Assembly: GCA_030390025.1 (NCBI GenBank)
Contig: CM059449.1
Location: forward strand, 25,792,001-25,856,000
Reading direction: 5' to 3'
Length of the DNA: 64,000 nt
Source: Squalus acanthias
Taxonomy: Eukaryota
Positions 1 through 11,899 of the stretch are shown in pieces. Made by a program: the position numbers and the translations under genes. Within the stretch, counting starts at the first letter, position 1. The number at the start of each line of letters is the position of its first letter. The notes beneath the pieces are model-generated. The model made no database searches and was not told where the DNA came from. It saw only the letters and a program-made list of their open reading frames with translations.

Positions 1-2245
1 TAGTATCATAAGGTTCAGATTAGCTATGGAAAAGGACAAGGAGCAAGCTAGAGTAAAAATTCTTAATTGGAGGAGGGCCAATTTCAGTGGGTTGAGAACG
101 GATCTGGCCCGGGCAAATTGGAATCAAAGATTGGCAGGCAAAAATGAAATCAAACAATGGGCTGCCTTTAAAGATGAGATGGTTCGGGTACAGTCGAAGT
201 ACATTCCCTTGAGGGGGAAAGGCAGGGCAACCAAAGCCAGAGCTCCCTGGATCACAAAAGAAATAGAGACTAAGATGAAACAGAAAAAGGGAGCGTATGA
301 CCGATGTCAGGTTGAGAATACAAGTGAGAACCAGGCTGAATATGTAAAGTTCAGAGGGGAAGTGAAAAAGGAAATAAGAGGGGCAAGAGTATGAGAATAG
401 ACTGGCAGCCAACATAAAAAGGGATCCAAAGGTCTTCTATAGGCATATAAATAGTAAACAGGTAGTAAGAGGAGGGGTGGGGCCGATTAGGGACCAAAAA
501 GGAGATCTACGCATGGAGGCAGAGGGTATGGCTGAGGTACTAAATGAGCACCTTGCATCTGTCTTTACCAAGGAAAAAGATGCTGCCAAATTCATAGTGA
601 AAGAGGAGGTAGTTGAGATACTGGATGGGCTAAAAATTGATAAAGAGGAGGTACTAGAAAGGCTGGCTGTACTTAAAGTAGAGAAGTCACCAGGACCGGA
701 TGGGATGCATCCAAGGATGCTGAGGGAACTAAAGGTGGAAATTGCGAAGGTACTGGCCATAATCTTCCAATACTCCTTAGATATGGGGGTGGTGCCAGAG
801 GACTGGAGAATTGCAAATGTTAAACCTCGTTTAAAAAAGGGTGTAAGGATAATCCCAGCAACTACAGCCCAGTCAGTTTAACCTCGGTGGTGGGGAAGCT
901 TTTAGAAATAATAATCCGGGACAAAATTAACAGTCACTTGGACAAGTGTGGATTAATTAAGGAAAGACAGCATGGATCTGTTAAAGGCAATCGTGTTTAA
1001 CTAACTTGATTGAGATTTTTGATGAGGTTACAGAGAGGGTTTATGAGGGCAATGCGGTTGATGTGGTGTACATGGACTAACAAAAGGTGTTTGATAAAGT
1101 GCCACATCATAGGCTTGCCAGCAAAGTTGAAGCTCATGGAATAAAAGAGACAGTGGCAGCATGGATACAAAATTGGCTAAGTGACAGAAAACAGAGAGTA
1201 GTGGTGAAGGGTTGTTTTTCGTAGTGGAGGAAGGTATACAGTGGTGTTCGCCAGGGATCGGTACTGGGACCACTGCTTTTCTTGACATATATTAATGACT
1301 TCGACTTGGGTGTACCGAGCACAATTTCAAAATGTGCAGATGACACAAAACTTGCAAGTAAAATGAACAGTGAGGAGGATAGTGATGGGCTTCAAGAGGA
1401 CATAGACAGGCTGGTGGACTGGGTGGACACGTGGCAGATGAAATTTAACAAAGAAAAGTGCAAAGTGATAAATTTTGGCAAGAAGAACGAGGAGAGACAA
1501 TATAAACTAAAGCGTAAAGGGGGTGCACGAAGAGAGACCTGGGGATATATGTGCACAAATCGTTGAAGGTGGCAGGACAGGTTGAGAAAGCAGTTAAAAA
1601 AGCATACGAGATCCCGGGCTTCATAAATAGAGGCATGGAGTACAAAAGTAAGGAAGTAAGATGAACCTTTATAAAATACTGGTTTGGCCTCAACTGGAGT
1701 ATTGTGTTCAATTCTGGGCACCGCACTAAGAAGGATGTGAATGCCTTGGAGAGAGTGAAGAAAAGATTTACAAGAATGGTTTCAGGGTTGAGGGACTTCA
1801 GTTACGTTGATAAACTGGAGAAGCTGGGGTTGTTCGTCTTAGAGCAGAGAAGATGGAGAGGAGATTTGATAAAGGTGTTTAAAATCATGAGAGGTCCAGA
1901 CAGAATAGATAGAGAGAAACCGTTCCCATTGGCGGAAGGGTCGAGAACCAGAGGACACAGATTTAAGGTGATTGGCAGAAGAACCAAAAGTGATATGAGG
2001 AAAAACTTTTTTTACACAGCGAGTGGTTATGATTTGGAATGCACTGCCTGAAAGGGTGGTGGAGGCAGATTCAATCATGGCTTTCAAAAGGGAATTGGAT
2101 AAGTACTTGAAGAAAAAGAATTTGCAGGGCTACGGGGAAAAGGCGGGGGAGTGGGACGAACTGAAGTGCTCTTGCAGAGAGCCGGCACGGGCTCGACTGG
2201 CCAAATGGCCTCCTTCTGTGCTGCAACCATTCTATGATTCTATGA
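1..2245 (+). mobile_element. CR1 LINE ORF2 fragment (degenerate RT and 3' tail), cut by window start
   Basis: Frameshifted ORFs with CR1 motifs KSPGPDGMHPR, PEDWRIANV, SKCADDTKL, RTRGHRFK; ends in CCATTCTATGATTCTATGA tail. Confidence 0.92.
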
Positions 2246-2249
2246 GCCC

Positions 2250-2888
2250 GAGTAAAACTGAAGTCAATGGTAATCAGGGGGAAAACTCTCCACTGGCTGG
2301 AGTCATACCGAGCACAAAGGATAATAGTTGTGGTTGTTGGAGGCCAATCATCTCAGCCCCATCTTCAGCTGCTTCATCAATGACCTTCCCTCCATCATAA
2401 TGTCAGTAGTGGGGCTGTTTGCTGATGATTGCACGGTGTTCAGTTCCATTCGCAATTCCTCAGATAATTAACCAGTCCGTGCCTGCATGCAGCAAGACCT
2501 GGACAACATCCAGGCTTGGACGGATAAGAGGCAAATAACATTCGTGCTGCACAAGTGCCAAGCAATGACCACCTCCAACAAGAGAGAATCTAACCACCTC
2601 GCATTGACGTTCAATGGCATTACCATCCTTGAATCTATCAACATCCTAGGGGGTCACCATTGATCAGAAACTCAACTGGACCAGCCATATAAATTCCATG
2701 GCTGCTCGAGCAGGTCAGAGGCTGGGTATTCTGCAGCGAGTGGCTCACCTCCTCATTCCCCAAACCCTCCCCACCATCTACAAGGCAAGTCAGGAATGTG
2801 ATCAACTTGTGCGGATGGGTGCAGCAACAACAGTCAAAAAGCTCAACACAATCCAGAACAAAGCAGTCCACTTGATTGGCAGCTTAAA
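2250..2888 (+). mobile_element. Older LINE (CR1/L2-group) RT fragment, left half
   Basis: Encodes LFADDCTVF and RAGQRLGILQRV; homologous to 13075-13587; resumes at 3896. Confidence 0.75.
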
Positions 2889-3895
2889 CATAGAAGATAG
2901 GAGCAGGAGTAGGCCATTCAATGCGATCATGGCTGATCATTCAAATTCAGTACCCTGTCCCTGCTTTCTCCCCATATCCCTTGATCACTTTAGCCTTAAG
3001 AAATATATCTAACTCCTTCTTGAATATATTTAATGAATTGGACTCAACTGTCTTCTGTGGTAGAGAATTCCACAGGTTCACCACTCTCTGGGTGAAGAAA
3101 TTCCTCCTCATCTCAGTCCTAAATGGCTTACCCCTTATCCTTAGACTGTGGCCCCTGGTTCTGGACTCCCCGACCATCGGGAACATCCTTCCTGTCTAGT
3201 CCTGTTAGAATTTTATAAGTTTTAATGAGATCCCCTCTCATTCTTCTAAACTCTAGCGAATACAAGCCCAATCGACCCAATCTCTCTTCATTCGTCATTC
3301 CTGCCATCTCAGGTATCAGTCTGGTGAATCTTCGCTGCACTCCCTCCATGGCAAGAACATCCTTCCTCAGATAAGGCGACCAAAACTGCACACAATACTC
3401 AAGGTGTGGTCTCACCAAAGCCCTGTACAACTGCAGCAAGACCTCCTTGCTCCTGTACTCGAATCCTCTCGCTATGAAGGCCAACATACCATTTGCCGCC
3501 TTAACCGCCTGCTGCACCTGCATGCTTACCTTTAGCGACTGGTGCACAAGGACACCCAGGTCTCGTTGCACTTCCCCTTTTCCCAATCTATTGCCATTCA
3601 GATAATAATCTGCCTTCCTGTTTTTGCCACCAAAGTGGATAACCTTGCTTTTATCCACATTATACTGCATCTGCCCAATCACCCAACCTGTCCAAATCAT
3701 ACTGGAGTTTCTCTGCATCCTCCTCACAGCACACACGCCCACCCAGCTTTGTGTCATCTGCAAACTTGGAGATATTACATCTAGTTCCTTCGTCTAGATC
3801 ATTAATATATATTGTGAATAACTGGGGTCCTCGCACCGATCCCTGCGGTACCCCACAAGTCACTGCCTGCCACTCGGAAAAAGACCCGTTTATTC
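2889..3895 (-). mobile_element. 5'-truncated CR1 LINE nested in older LINE
   Basis: ORFs 3660-3992, 3128-3763 and 2947-3186 give GVPQGSV, FADDTKL, LVRPHLEYC; AACAT on both sides is a probable TSD. Confidence 0.9.
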
Positions 3896-4345
3896 CAACA
3901 TTCATTCCCTCCACCACCAGCGTACCGTGGCTGCAGTGTGTACCGTCTACCAGATGCACTGCAGCAACTCGCCAATGCTCCTTCAACAGCACCGCCCAAA
4001 CCCGCGACCACTACCACCTAGAAAGACAACGGCAGCAGACGCATGGGAACACCACCACCTCCAAATTCCTCTCCAAGTCACACACCATCCTGACTTGGAC
4101 ATATTTTTGTGTGGGACAGGCTGGAGGGACCAGAGGGTCTTTGCCTGTCCATCATTGTTCGTATGTTCATATTTCACCATTCATTCATGGTCGCTGGGTC
4201 AAAATTCTTGAACGCCCTCCCTAACAGCACTGTGGGAGTACCTTCACCACACGGACTGCAGCGGTTCAAGAAGGTGGCTCACCACCACTTTCTCAAGGAC
4301 GACTGGGGATGGACAAGAAATGCTGGCTTTGCCAGCGACGAATGA
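3896..4345 (+). mobile_element. Older LINE 3' end, right half
   Basis: Continues the sequence interrupted at 2888 (compare 13195-13560); tail AAATGCTGGC...GCCAGCGACG. Confidence 0.75.
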
Positions 4346-4729
4346 ATTGTTAAAAAAAGTTACTGTTAGGCTTGGTTCTATCGTTGACGTTTTCCCAGAC
4401 AAATACAAAAGCAGCAAGTAGAATATCTGCAGGGTTCTGAAGCAATTGTTAGATAAACACATTTCATCCTGCATGGCAACAGAACTCCTTTACACTCTAC
4501 TAATTGACAAAGAAAAATGACAGCATTTGTGGTTTAAATTATGCTGGGTTTTTTTTTTACATGAAAGTCAGATTCAGCATTGTAAGGATTAAAATCCTAA
4601 GGGTCCAGCAGTTTTTTGAAAAACTAAATAGAGGAAAAAAAACTGGAGCCACTGGAACAAAGTGTCAACGAGTTCTGATGAGTCCCCTTCAAAAGGAAAT
4701 GGGTTAGTTGTCAGCCCCACAACCCCCAT

Positions 4730-5465
4730 CCCCCTCCGAGATATCTGCGCTCCTCTAATTCTGCCCTCTTGAACATCCCTGATTATAATCGGCAACACGG
4801 TGGCATAGTGGTTAGCACTGGTGCCTCACAGCGCCAGAGACCCGGGTTCGAATCTGACCTCGGGTGACTGTCTGTGTGGAGTTTGCACATTCTCCCCGTG
4901 TCTGCGTGGGTTTCCTCCGGGTGCTCCGGTTTCCTCCCACAGTCCAAAAATGTGCGGGTTAGGTTGATTTGGCTATGATAAATTGACCCTTAGTGTTAGG
5001 GGGGATTAAATATGTGGGGTTATGGGGATAGGATGGGATATGTTAGGGGGAATTAAATACGTGGGGTTACGGGGGTAGGGTGGGATATGTGTACTGTGGG
5101 GATTAAAGCAGGGACAGGGTACTGGATTTGGATGATCAGCCATGATCGTATTGAATGGCGGAGCAGGCTCGACGGGCCGAATGGCCTACTCCTGCTCCTA
5201 GATTCTATGTTTCTATAATCGGTCAACTCTTGGCGGCCGTGCCTTCTGTTGCCTAGGTCCTAAGCTCTGGAATTCCCTCCCTAAACCTCTCCGCCTCGCT
5301 ACCTCTCTTTTCATCCTTTAAGATGCTCCTTAAAACCTACCCCTTTGACCAAGCTTTGGGTCGCCTGCCCTAATTTCTCCTTATGTGGCTCAGTGTTAAA
5401 TGTTTTGTCTTATAACACTCCTATGAAGCGCCTTACTACTTTAAAGGTACTATACAAGTTGTTGT
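4730..5465 (+). mobile_element. L2-type 3' end fragment interrupted by a SINE
   Basis: CTCTGGAATTCCCTCCC...CCTTAAAACCTAC...TTTGACCAAGC is similar to 12280-12375 and 50790-51020. Confidence 0.6.
4791..5215 (+). mobile_element. HE1-like tRNA-derived V-SINE with CR1-type tail
   Basis: A box TGGCATAGTGG, B box GGTTCGAATC, V-domain GTGTGGAGTTTGCACATTCTCCCCGTGTCTGCGTGGGTTTCCTCC; TATAATC(GG) duplicated at both ends. Confidence 0.88.
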
Positions 5466-6120
5466 TGTTAAAACAGTTATCCAACATAGTAGGCTTGATT
5501 GGCAGCTGAACTGGCCAATCCCCAGATGCAACAGCTGGGGGGCGAATTGGAGATCAGGCTGTTTGCCTCCTGTTGAGCTAAGAAGAAAAGTCAGGGATGT
5601 TTAGTGCTGACTAGCTTCAGAGAAATTACTGGTAAGAAAAGTGTATTTAGTCTGCTAACAGGGAGAGTGTCACAGGCTTTATTTTCTATGTTACGAGGAG
5701 CCTCATGAAATAGGTTAGAATTCTCCAGTCCACATATTTTTTTGGAAAATAAACCAACCCATTTGTTTACAATTGGCTTCATCGCACGAGAGTGTTCATC
5801 ACCCGGCCTTTCAGAAGTTGAATGGATTTCATTGTTACAACTCCCAGGTCATATCATATAACTAGATATTGTGCAATAAAGGTAAACTTCTGATCAGAAG
5901 GGATGTGGGGTCTACTTACACATGAGCCCGGTGGCACTGGACCAAAAAGAGAATATCTAGTGCAGACCTTAAATTAACACTCCCCCAGCCAACCCATGCC
6001 CAAGCATTTTATTATAAAGTATATCAGAGCTCCAATGTGCCAAAATGCCAAGGAGGAAAATGGAGTTCTTTTATTCATTTAACAAAATCCCAATGACAAA
6101 TACAGGAGGAATGAAAAATT

Positions 6121-6303
6121 TTGGCCAGTATTTTCCACTTCACTGCTCCTGGCGACAATATCAGTAAATTCCACACTCCAAGCTCTTAATTTGCTTTTTC
6201 CAGTAAAAATTAGTGGTCGAATAGTCATGGGCTGTTGGTGCAGAATCTCCTAATATGCACTCCTGGTGGTCCCCAAGAGTGACTGAAGTGGAAAATCCCA
6301 GTC
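6121..6303. mobile_element. Short degenerate MITE-like inverted-repeat element
   Basis: TTTTCCACTTCA at left pairs with TGAAGTGGAAAA at right. Confidence 0.4.
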
Positions 6304-6372
6304 ACATTACCTGCCCACTGTGTCCATTACAACAGTTTTGAAACAACCTGTTCTGGAATCATCATTACTTAC

Positions 6373-6468
6373 GATATTTGATGTAAGGTGCAAAGATTGA
6401 AAATAATGTCACCACCATAGCAAGAATTATAGTTGATCGTATATTGGCTGCTGGTTCACATTCTTTAT
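6373..6468 (-). CDS. Hydrophobic (TM) exon of Ig-superfamily gene: (D)KECEPAANIRSTIILAMVVTLFSIFAPYIKY
   Basis: ctattggcag acceptor, gtaagt donor, 96 nt, phase 1-1, open, ~20-residue hydrophobic stretch. Confidence 0.7.
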
Positions 6469-6736
6469 CTGCCAATAGAGATCATCATGTCAATATCTGA
6501 ACTGCAGATCTAATCAGCACATTAGTTGGAAGACTGATTTATTATAGTATATTCAAAGCAAGTACAATAAGTATATGGTGTAACTTGTAGTCTTTGACTT
6601 GTGTACGACTTACAGGTCAGTAAAAAAATTAACTGTATCCTAATTAGAGGCCTCTCAGTTATATTAGCACCACTAGAAATCCTTGGCTCCCAACCTTTCC
6701 AGCTTGTATGATTATCTCCAATGCATTATCTCCAAG

Positions 6737-7037
6737 GCAACACGGTGGCATAGTGGTTAGCACTGTTGATTCACAGCGCCAGGGACCCGGGTTCGAATCC
6801 GGCCTCGGGTGACTGTCTGTGTGGAGTTTGCACATTCTCCCCGTGTCTGCGTGGGTTTCCTCTGGGTGCTCCGGTTTCCTCCCACAGTCCAAAGATGTGC
6901 GGGTTAGGTTGATTTGGCTATGATAGGGGGATTAAATACGTGGGGTTACGGGGATAGGGTGGGATATGTGTCGGTGCAGGCTCGATGGGCCGAAATGGCC
7001 TCTATCTGCACTGTGGGGATTCTGTGATTCTGTGATT
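6737..7037 (+). mobile_element. HE1-like V-SINE
   Basis: Same tRNA head and V-domain as the 4791 copy; tail GATTCTGTGATTCTGTGA. Confidence 0.88.
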
Positions 7038-7074
7038 TGGTATGATGTGCATCTCATTTTTATTACAAAATGAC

Positions 7075-7264
7075 TGGCCGGGACATTCTGTTTTTGCACT
7101 CTGGGCACAGCTCTAGGAGCATGAATCACGAAATTGTGCGTCTCCGGACCGTGATTTTCCAACCATTGATTTTAATTCTCTCAAAATCATGGGCGGCTGG
7201 TGCAGAATTTCCCAATGCTTGCTTCCAGGGTGGAAAGGAGCACTGAAGATGAAAATCCCGGCCA
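7075..7264. mobile_element. Short MITE-like element
   Basis: Imperfect terminal inverted repeats TGGCCGGGACATTC / GAAAATCCCGGCCA. Confidence 0.45.
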
Positions 7265-8037
7265 TCAGTAGGCATTTCTTGTTCATCACTCTTCAAATGT
7301 TTCGCTTCAAAAAATAAAGGAACATAGGCAGTCATCATTTGGAGTGTACGGAGAAACTCTGCAGGGACCGAAAATACCAGAGTCAGAATGTCTGCAGTCT
7401 CTTCATTGGCTTGTTCAAGAACTCACCCAGCATTTACTTAATAGCAATTAAGATTTTGTGGCCTAAAAGATTCACCTCAGCAGCAGAATAATACATGCTG
7501 TCCTTGTAAAACAGCATATTATCTGACGTACTGTGAGCAACGATACGGGAGATATGCTGGTAATGAGTCAATCTTTGATTACTGGTGACTGTGATATAAC
7601 TTTAGAAACTACAGCTGCCAATACTAGCAGATTAATAGTTAACTATTCAAATTTACAGCCAGGCACAAGAGCTTCACTCACTGGGAGAGCCCATTGTAAA
7701 TCCGCCACCATTTTCTGTCCATTAATTTTAATTGACGGAGAGCCGTGAGCAGCACGCACTTGGAGTTTACCCTTGGTGCTTTCGGTGAACCAAGCTCTGA
7801 CACTCTGACGCTGAAAAGGATCAGGTGTATCATGTTAATATGGCATTCCATTGTCTGCTATTTTAATGGAAGGGAGGTCAATCAGTTTAAAACTTGATAA
7901 AAACACTGCTTTATTCTCAGGGGATGGTGGGAGCGAACAAAACAATTAGCTTCACATAACATTCCATGGAACAGTTACAAATTAGTTAAGCTAAAATGCT
8001 CAATGCTTTGCCACAGGGAGTGGTTGAGATGGGAACT

Positions 8038-8915
8038 ATTAAGAACATAAGAAATAGGAGCGGGGTAGGCCATTTGCCGTTCAAGCCTGCTCCTTTTAAT
8101 GCAGTTTCCCGATCTACCATAGCCAACTCGCCCCTCATACCTACGTAGTTTGCTTTGTTTAGATTTAAGACCCTAGTTTTGAATTTAACTAAGTCACTTT
8201 CAAAATTAATATAAAATTCCATCATATTATGGTCACTCTTCCCTAAAGGCCCCTTTACTACAAGGTTATTAATTAACCCTTTCGCATTGCACAATACTAG
8301 ATCTAAAATAGCCTGTTCTCTAGTCGGTTCCTCAACATACTGATCTAGAAAACTATCTTGCATACATTCCATGAATTCGTCCTCCACACTATTACTGCAA
8401 ATTTGGTTTGCCCAGTCTATATGTAGATTAAAGTCCCCCATGATCACTATATTACCCTTGTTATATGCACCTCTAATTTCCTGATTAATACTCTGCCCTA
8501 CATTACAACTACTATTTGGGGAAAATAAACAACACCTATCAATGTTTTCTACCCCTTGCTGTTTCTGAGCTCCATCCAAACTGATTCTACTTCTTGATTT
8601 TCGGAGCTAAGATCCTTTCTCTCTACTGTCTTTATCCCATCCTTTATTATCAGGGCTACCCCTTCTCCTTTTCCATTTTGCCTATCTCTTCTAAAATTTA
8701 AGTATCCTGGAATATTTAGTTCCCAACCTTGGCCACTTTGCAACCACGTCTCCATTATGGCTATTAGATCAAACCTGTTAATTTCTATCTGCGCTATTAA
8801 TTAATCTATTTTGTTGCGAATGCTTTGCGCAGTCAGATATAGTGCCTTTAGCTTTGACTTATTTCTACTTTTCCCTGATGTCATCTTAGTCACTAATGCC
8901 TTATTACCTTCTTGA
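8038..8915 (-). mobile_element. CR1 endonuclease-domain fragment joined to a CR1 3' tail
   Basis: ETWLQ, MGDFNLHIDW, EEPTREQAILDLV and SDHN motifs in ORFs 8549-8755 and 7986-8579. Confidence 0.85.
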
Positions 8916-10082
8916 ATCGCTCAAGGGAAAATTGGATAAATATTTGCAGCAGTAGATGTAATATATTTGGATTTTCAATTTCAAACCAAACACCATTGTG
9001 GGGGCCCGTCACCACAAGGACTGCAGCCATTCTAGGAGAAGGCCCAGCACCAGCTTCTCGGGACAGCTAGGAGCTTGCAATGAATGGGACTGTGCCCTTG
9101 CTGACTACTCCCCCAGATCACAGGAAAGAAAGCTTAGTTGACAATAGGCCTCAATAAAGGCAAGTCATCTTTACTCAATGGTGATTTATGATGTGTGACT
9201 GGCTAGATAAAGGGAATCTTGAACAATCAAGCTTGCAGCGATTCTCTGTGGGGTCTGGCTAAGCTGTCTCACGGGTGGAATGAGGAACACAGTTGCAAGA
9301 ATTCCTGAGCATGGGACCAGTAATGAGGACCGCAGCAGATTGCAGAGAGATACAGACAGGTTAGGAAAGTTGACGGACAGGTGCAGCCTGCACATTAATA
9401 TGGACTGAGTTTGCAAACTCTGTGGAGGTCATGAAGGAGCGATGACATGGGGCTACCATGGCATTGCCACAGTTAGCAGGCGCAATGGCCTGGAGACTCA
9501 ATTGTCTCGGCGTGTGTGCACCCTGAAGGGAAATATGTTTCAACATGAATGTAGAGGGATTACAAGAAGTTGCTGGCAGTACTTAGTGAGGGGCCATCAA
9601 AAAGCGCACAGCCAGACTGGCAGGGTGTGTAGAAATGTGACTGTAGCTGCTGAACATCAGAAGTGGTGTGACGCAGCTTGGAGAAAAAGGGCCGGAGAGC
9701 GTTGATGCAGCTGGATCAAACAGACACTTTTTGTGGGAATGCAGACCTGCTGGTGTCAGAAGGCAGAGGACGAGTAGACATTATTCATTACAATTGACTC
9801 CTACTTCGTATGACGAAGTTATGACAGTGGATGGGAGCAGCTCCGAGGAAATTCACAACCGTAGTAAACTAGTTGGGTTTTTACAATAAAAAGAATTTTT
9901 TTTTTAATGCCAGCCCAAGAATTGCCAAATTTATTGAATTTAAATTCACAGATTGACAAAGTGAGATTGGAACTCACCCGAGTTCTTAGCCTAGTAAACA
10001 TACTACACTGGAATTTATTATGTCAGAAATACTGTATTGTAGAAATACAATTATCAACTGAAAGCAAAGAAACATACAGTAC

Positions 10083-10184
10083 CTTCAGTCCATATCCAAC
10101 ACACAAGTGCAGCAGAGAGACTCAGAAATGAAAGGATTGGGGCATACTGCAAGACTAGTAGTGTATTTTGAAGAAATGGAAGAC
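10083..10184 (-). CDS. Hydrophobic (TM) exon: LPFLQNTLLVLQYAPILSFLSLSAALVCWIWTE
   Basis: ttattgttccag acceptor, G|gtactg donor, 102 nt, phase 1-1, open; lies within ORF 10054-10236. Confidence 0.7.
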
Positions 10185-10384
10185 CTGGAACAATAAGCAA
10201 ATTTGTGTCAATATTACTCCAGCAAATAGTAGTCACACAATCAAAATAATAACTCCGTACAAAGGACCAAAATTTAAAATGGCATAGGCATCATATTTAA
10301 ATGTTTCACAGGTTTTTTTTTAATCAAATTGCAACATTTTTAAACTTTCAACACCAAATTGTGCAAATAACAAATTTCTCTTAC

Positions 10385-10486
10385 TTATTGTTTTGGTCTC
10401 AAACAAGATTGAAATCAAGGCAGCAGTAGAAGCAATCAATGCAGCAATTGTCAATCTCATTATGTACAAAGGCAGAAGTGGAAGAT
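10385..10486 (-). CDS. Hydrophobic (TM) exon: (D)LPLLPLYIMRLTIAALIASTAALISILFETKTI
   Basis: tttttctatttcag acceptor, gtaaga donor, 102 nt, phase 1-1, open. Confidence 0.75.
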
Positions 10487-10516
10487 CTGAAATAGAAAAA
10501 TTATTTTAAACATATG

Positions 10517-11018
10517 GGGGGAAAAATTCAGTATCGCCCCGTTTGGGGTGCAATTATTGGCCGGGCGCAAAGATTAGCACCTGGCGCTAATTATCGCCTC
10601 CGACTGCAAACTTGACTTTTATCGCCCCTGGAGGTGATTGGAGCGCTAAATCAGGCGCTACACATCTGTCTTAAGGCGCAAAGGCAGAGGAGCGAGGCGC
10701 TAACTCAGAGCACTGGCGAAACTCATGTGATGTCAGTCAGCAATGGAACACAGACACAATGGCGCCGGCCAGTTCTTAAAGGGGTGGGTTGATCTTGCTT
10801 TCCATCCACATCCTGCTCATTGCAGCTTGGAATCTTGGCCTGGAGAGACCTGTACATCAAATCTGCTGGAAAGAACAATGGAGAGTACCAGGGAAAGAGC
10901 TCAGAGTGCAACCCCCACACTCTCTTCTAAATCGATACAAGGAAGGGCAAATCAAAATGAACCTGCAAAGTGCTGCTCAGTACCCAAAACTCCTTCACAC
11001 AGCGTTGAATCTCTCCAG

Positions 11019-11055
<37 letters not shown>

Positions 11056-11419
11056 CGTGGTTCAAAAATGTCACCAACAAAAAAAGGCAGGAAGCGGTCG
11101 CCTTTAAATAGCGCTCCCCCAGTCCCTTCCTGACTGCAAAACGCTTCCCTCAACCTGTTGTTGCTAGTGGCAGGCGGTAAGGCAGGGGGCGCCACTCAAT
11201 ATCCGCTCCAGGGCGCTACCGGGGCGTTGCGCACTCGACTGACGTCACGATCTGCTGGCGCAGGAGATCGTGGCGGTAGTGTTTAGCGCCGCCGCAAAAT
11301 GTCTAGTTAATTTCGCAAGTGGTGCAAACATCGCTGTGCCCGGGCGCTAGTTGCTTTGCGCCCCATTAGCGCCCTCTTAAGGCGCTAACGCGAGGCGCAA
11401 CCAACTGAATTTTTCCCCC
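10517..11419. mobile_element. ~900-bp non-autonomous DNA transposon (PIF/Harbinger-like MITE), copy A
   Basis: TIRs GGGGGAAAAATTCAGT / ACTGAATTTTTCCCCC, 3-bp ATG duplication; near-identical copy at 14798-18181. Confidence 0.8.
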
Positions 11420-11499
11420 ATGCCATTTTTAAATCAGATTACAAATTGCAAACAGGGAGTTTTTTTTTCCCCTTAAAAAAAGTGCGGATATCAAGGTCT

Positions 11500-11596
11500 T
11501 AGAAACATAGAAAAATAGGAGCAAGAGTAGGCCATTCGGCCCTTCGAGCCTGCTCCGCCATTCAATATGATCATGGCTGATCCTCTATCTCAATAA
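11500..11596 (-). mobile_element. CR1 3' tail that truncates the IgC2 exon
   Basis: GATCAGCCATGATCATATTGAATGGCGGAGCAGGCTCGAAGGGCCGAATGGCCTACTC on minus strand. Confidence 0.8.
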
Positions 11597-11600
11597 TATA

Positions 11601-11713
11601 TTCTTTTGTCCACAGAATGGAACTCGCATTGCCCGCCGACGCTTGACAGATCAGTTCAATGGTGGTATCCACATCGGTAGAATTACTGCTGATCAGAGGC
11701 TCAGACAGTGGTT
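11601..11713 (-). pseudogene. Truncated IgC2-type exon: (E)PLSEPLISSNSTDVDTTIELICQASAGNASSILWTKE
   Basis: C2-set start (P-x-I, LxC, W-x-K); expected acceptor cccacAG reads cccacAA; remainder replaced by CR1 tail. Confidence 0.7.
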
Positions 11714-11899
11714 TTGTGGGAGGCAATGCATGAACAGTTAAACAGGTCTGAGCATGAAGACAACAGCATTGCTGCACATTGCGTTAGTGCAGTAGTGCAG
11801 TTAACTAACAAGAGCCCTGTCCTTCACACGTACCTCATAATACTTCGACCCTGAGAGCTAAACTTATGACCCCATAATCCTATCACAAAGACTGTCTAA

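Noticed and set aside
4791-4865. tRNA genes at 4791 and 6737
   Set aside because: tRNA-derived SINE heads running straight into V-SINE bodies
5920-5936. 17-nt micro-exon (LPPGSC) on the minus strand with a good acceptor and gtaagt donor
   Set aside because: Too short to support without transcript or homolog data
7530-7645. Hydrophobic minus-strand stretch LTINLLVLAAVVSKVI as a TM exon
   Set aside because: In-frame stop, weak acceptor, no supporting phase
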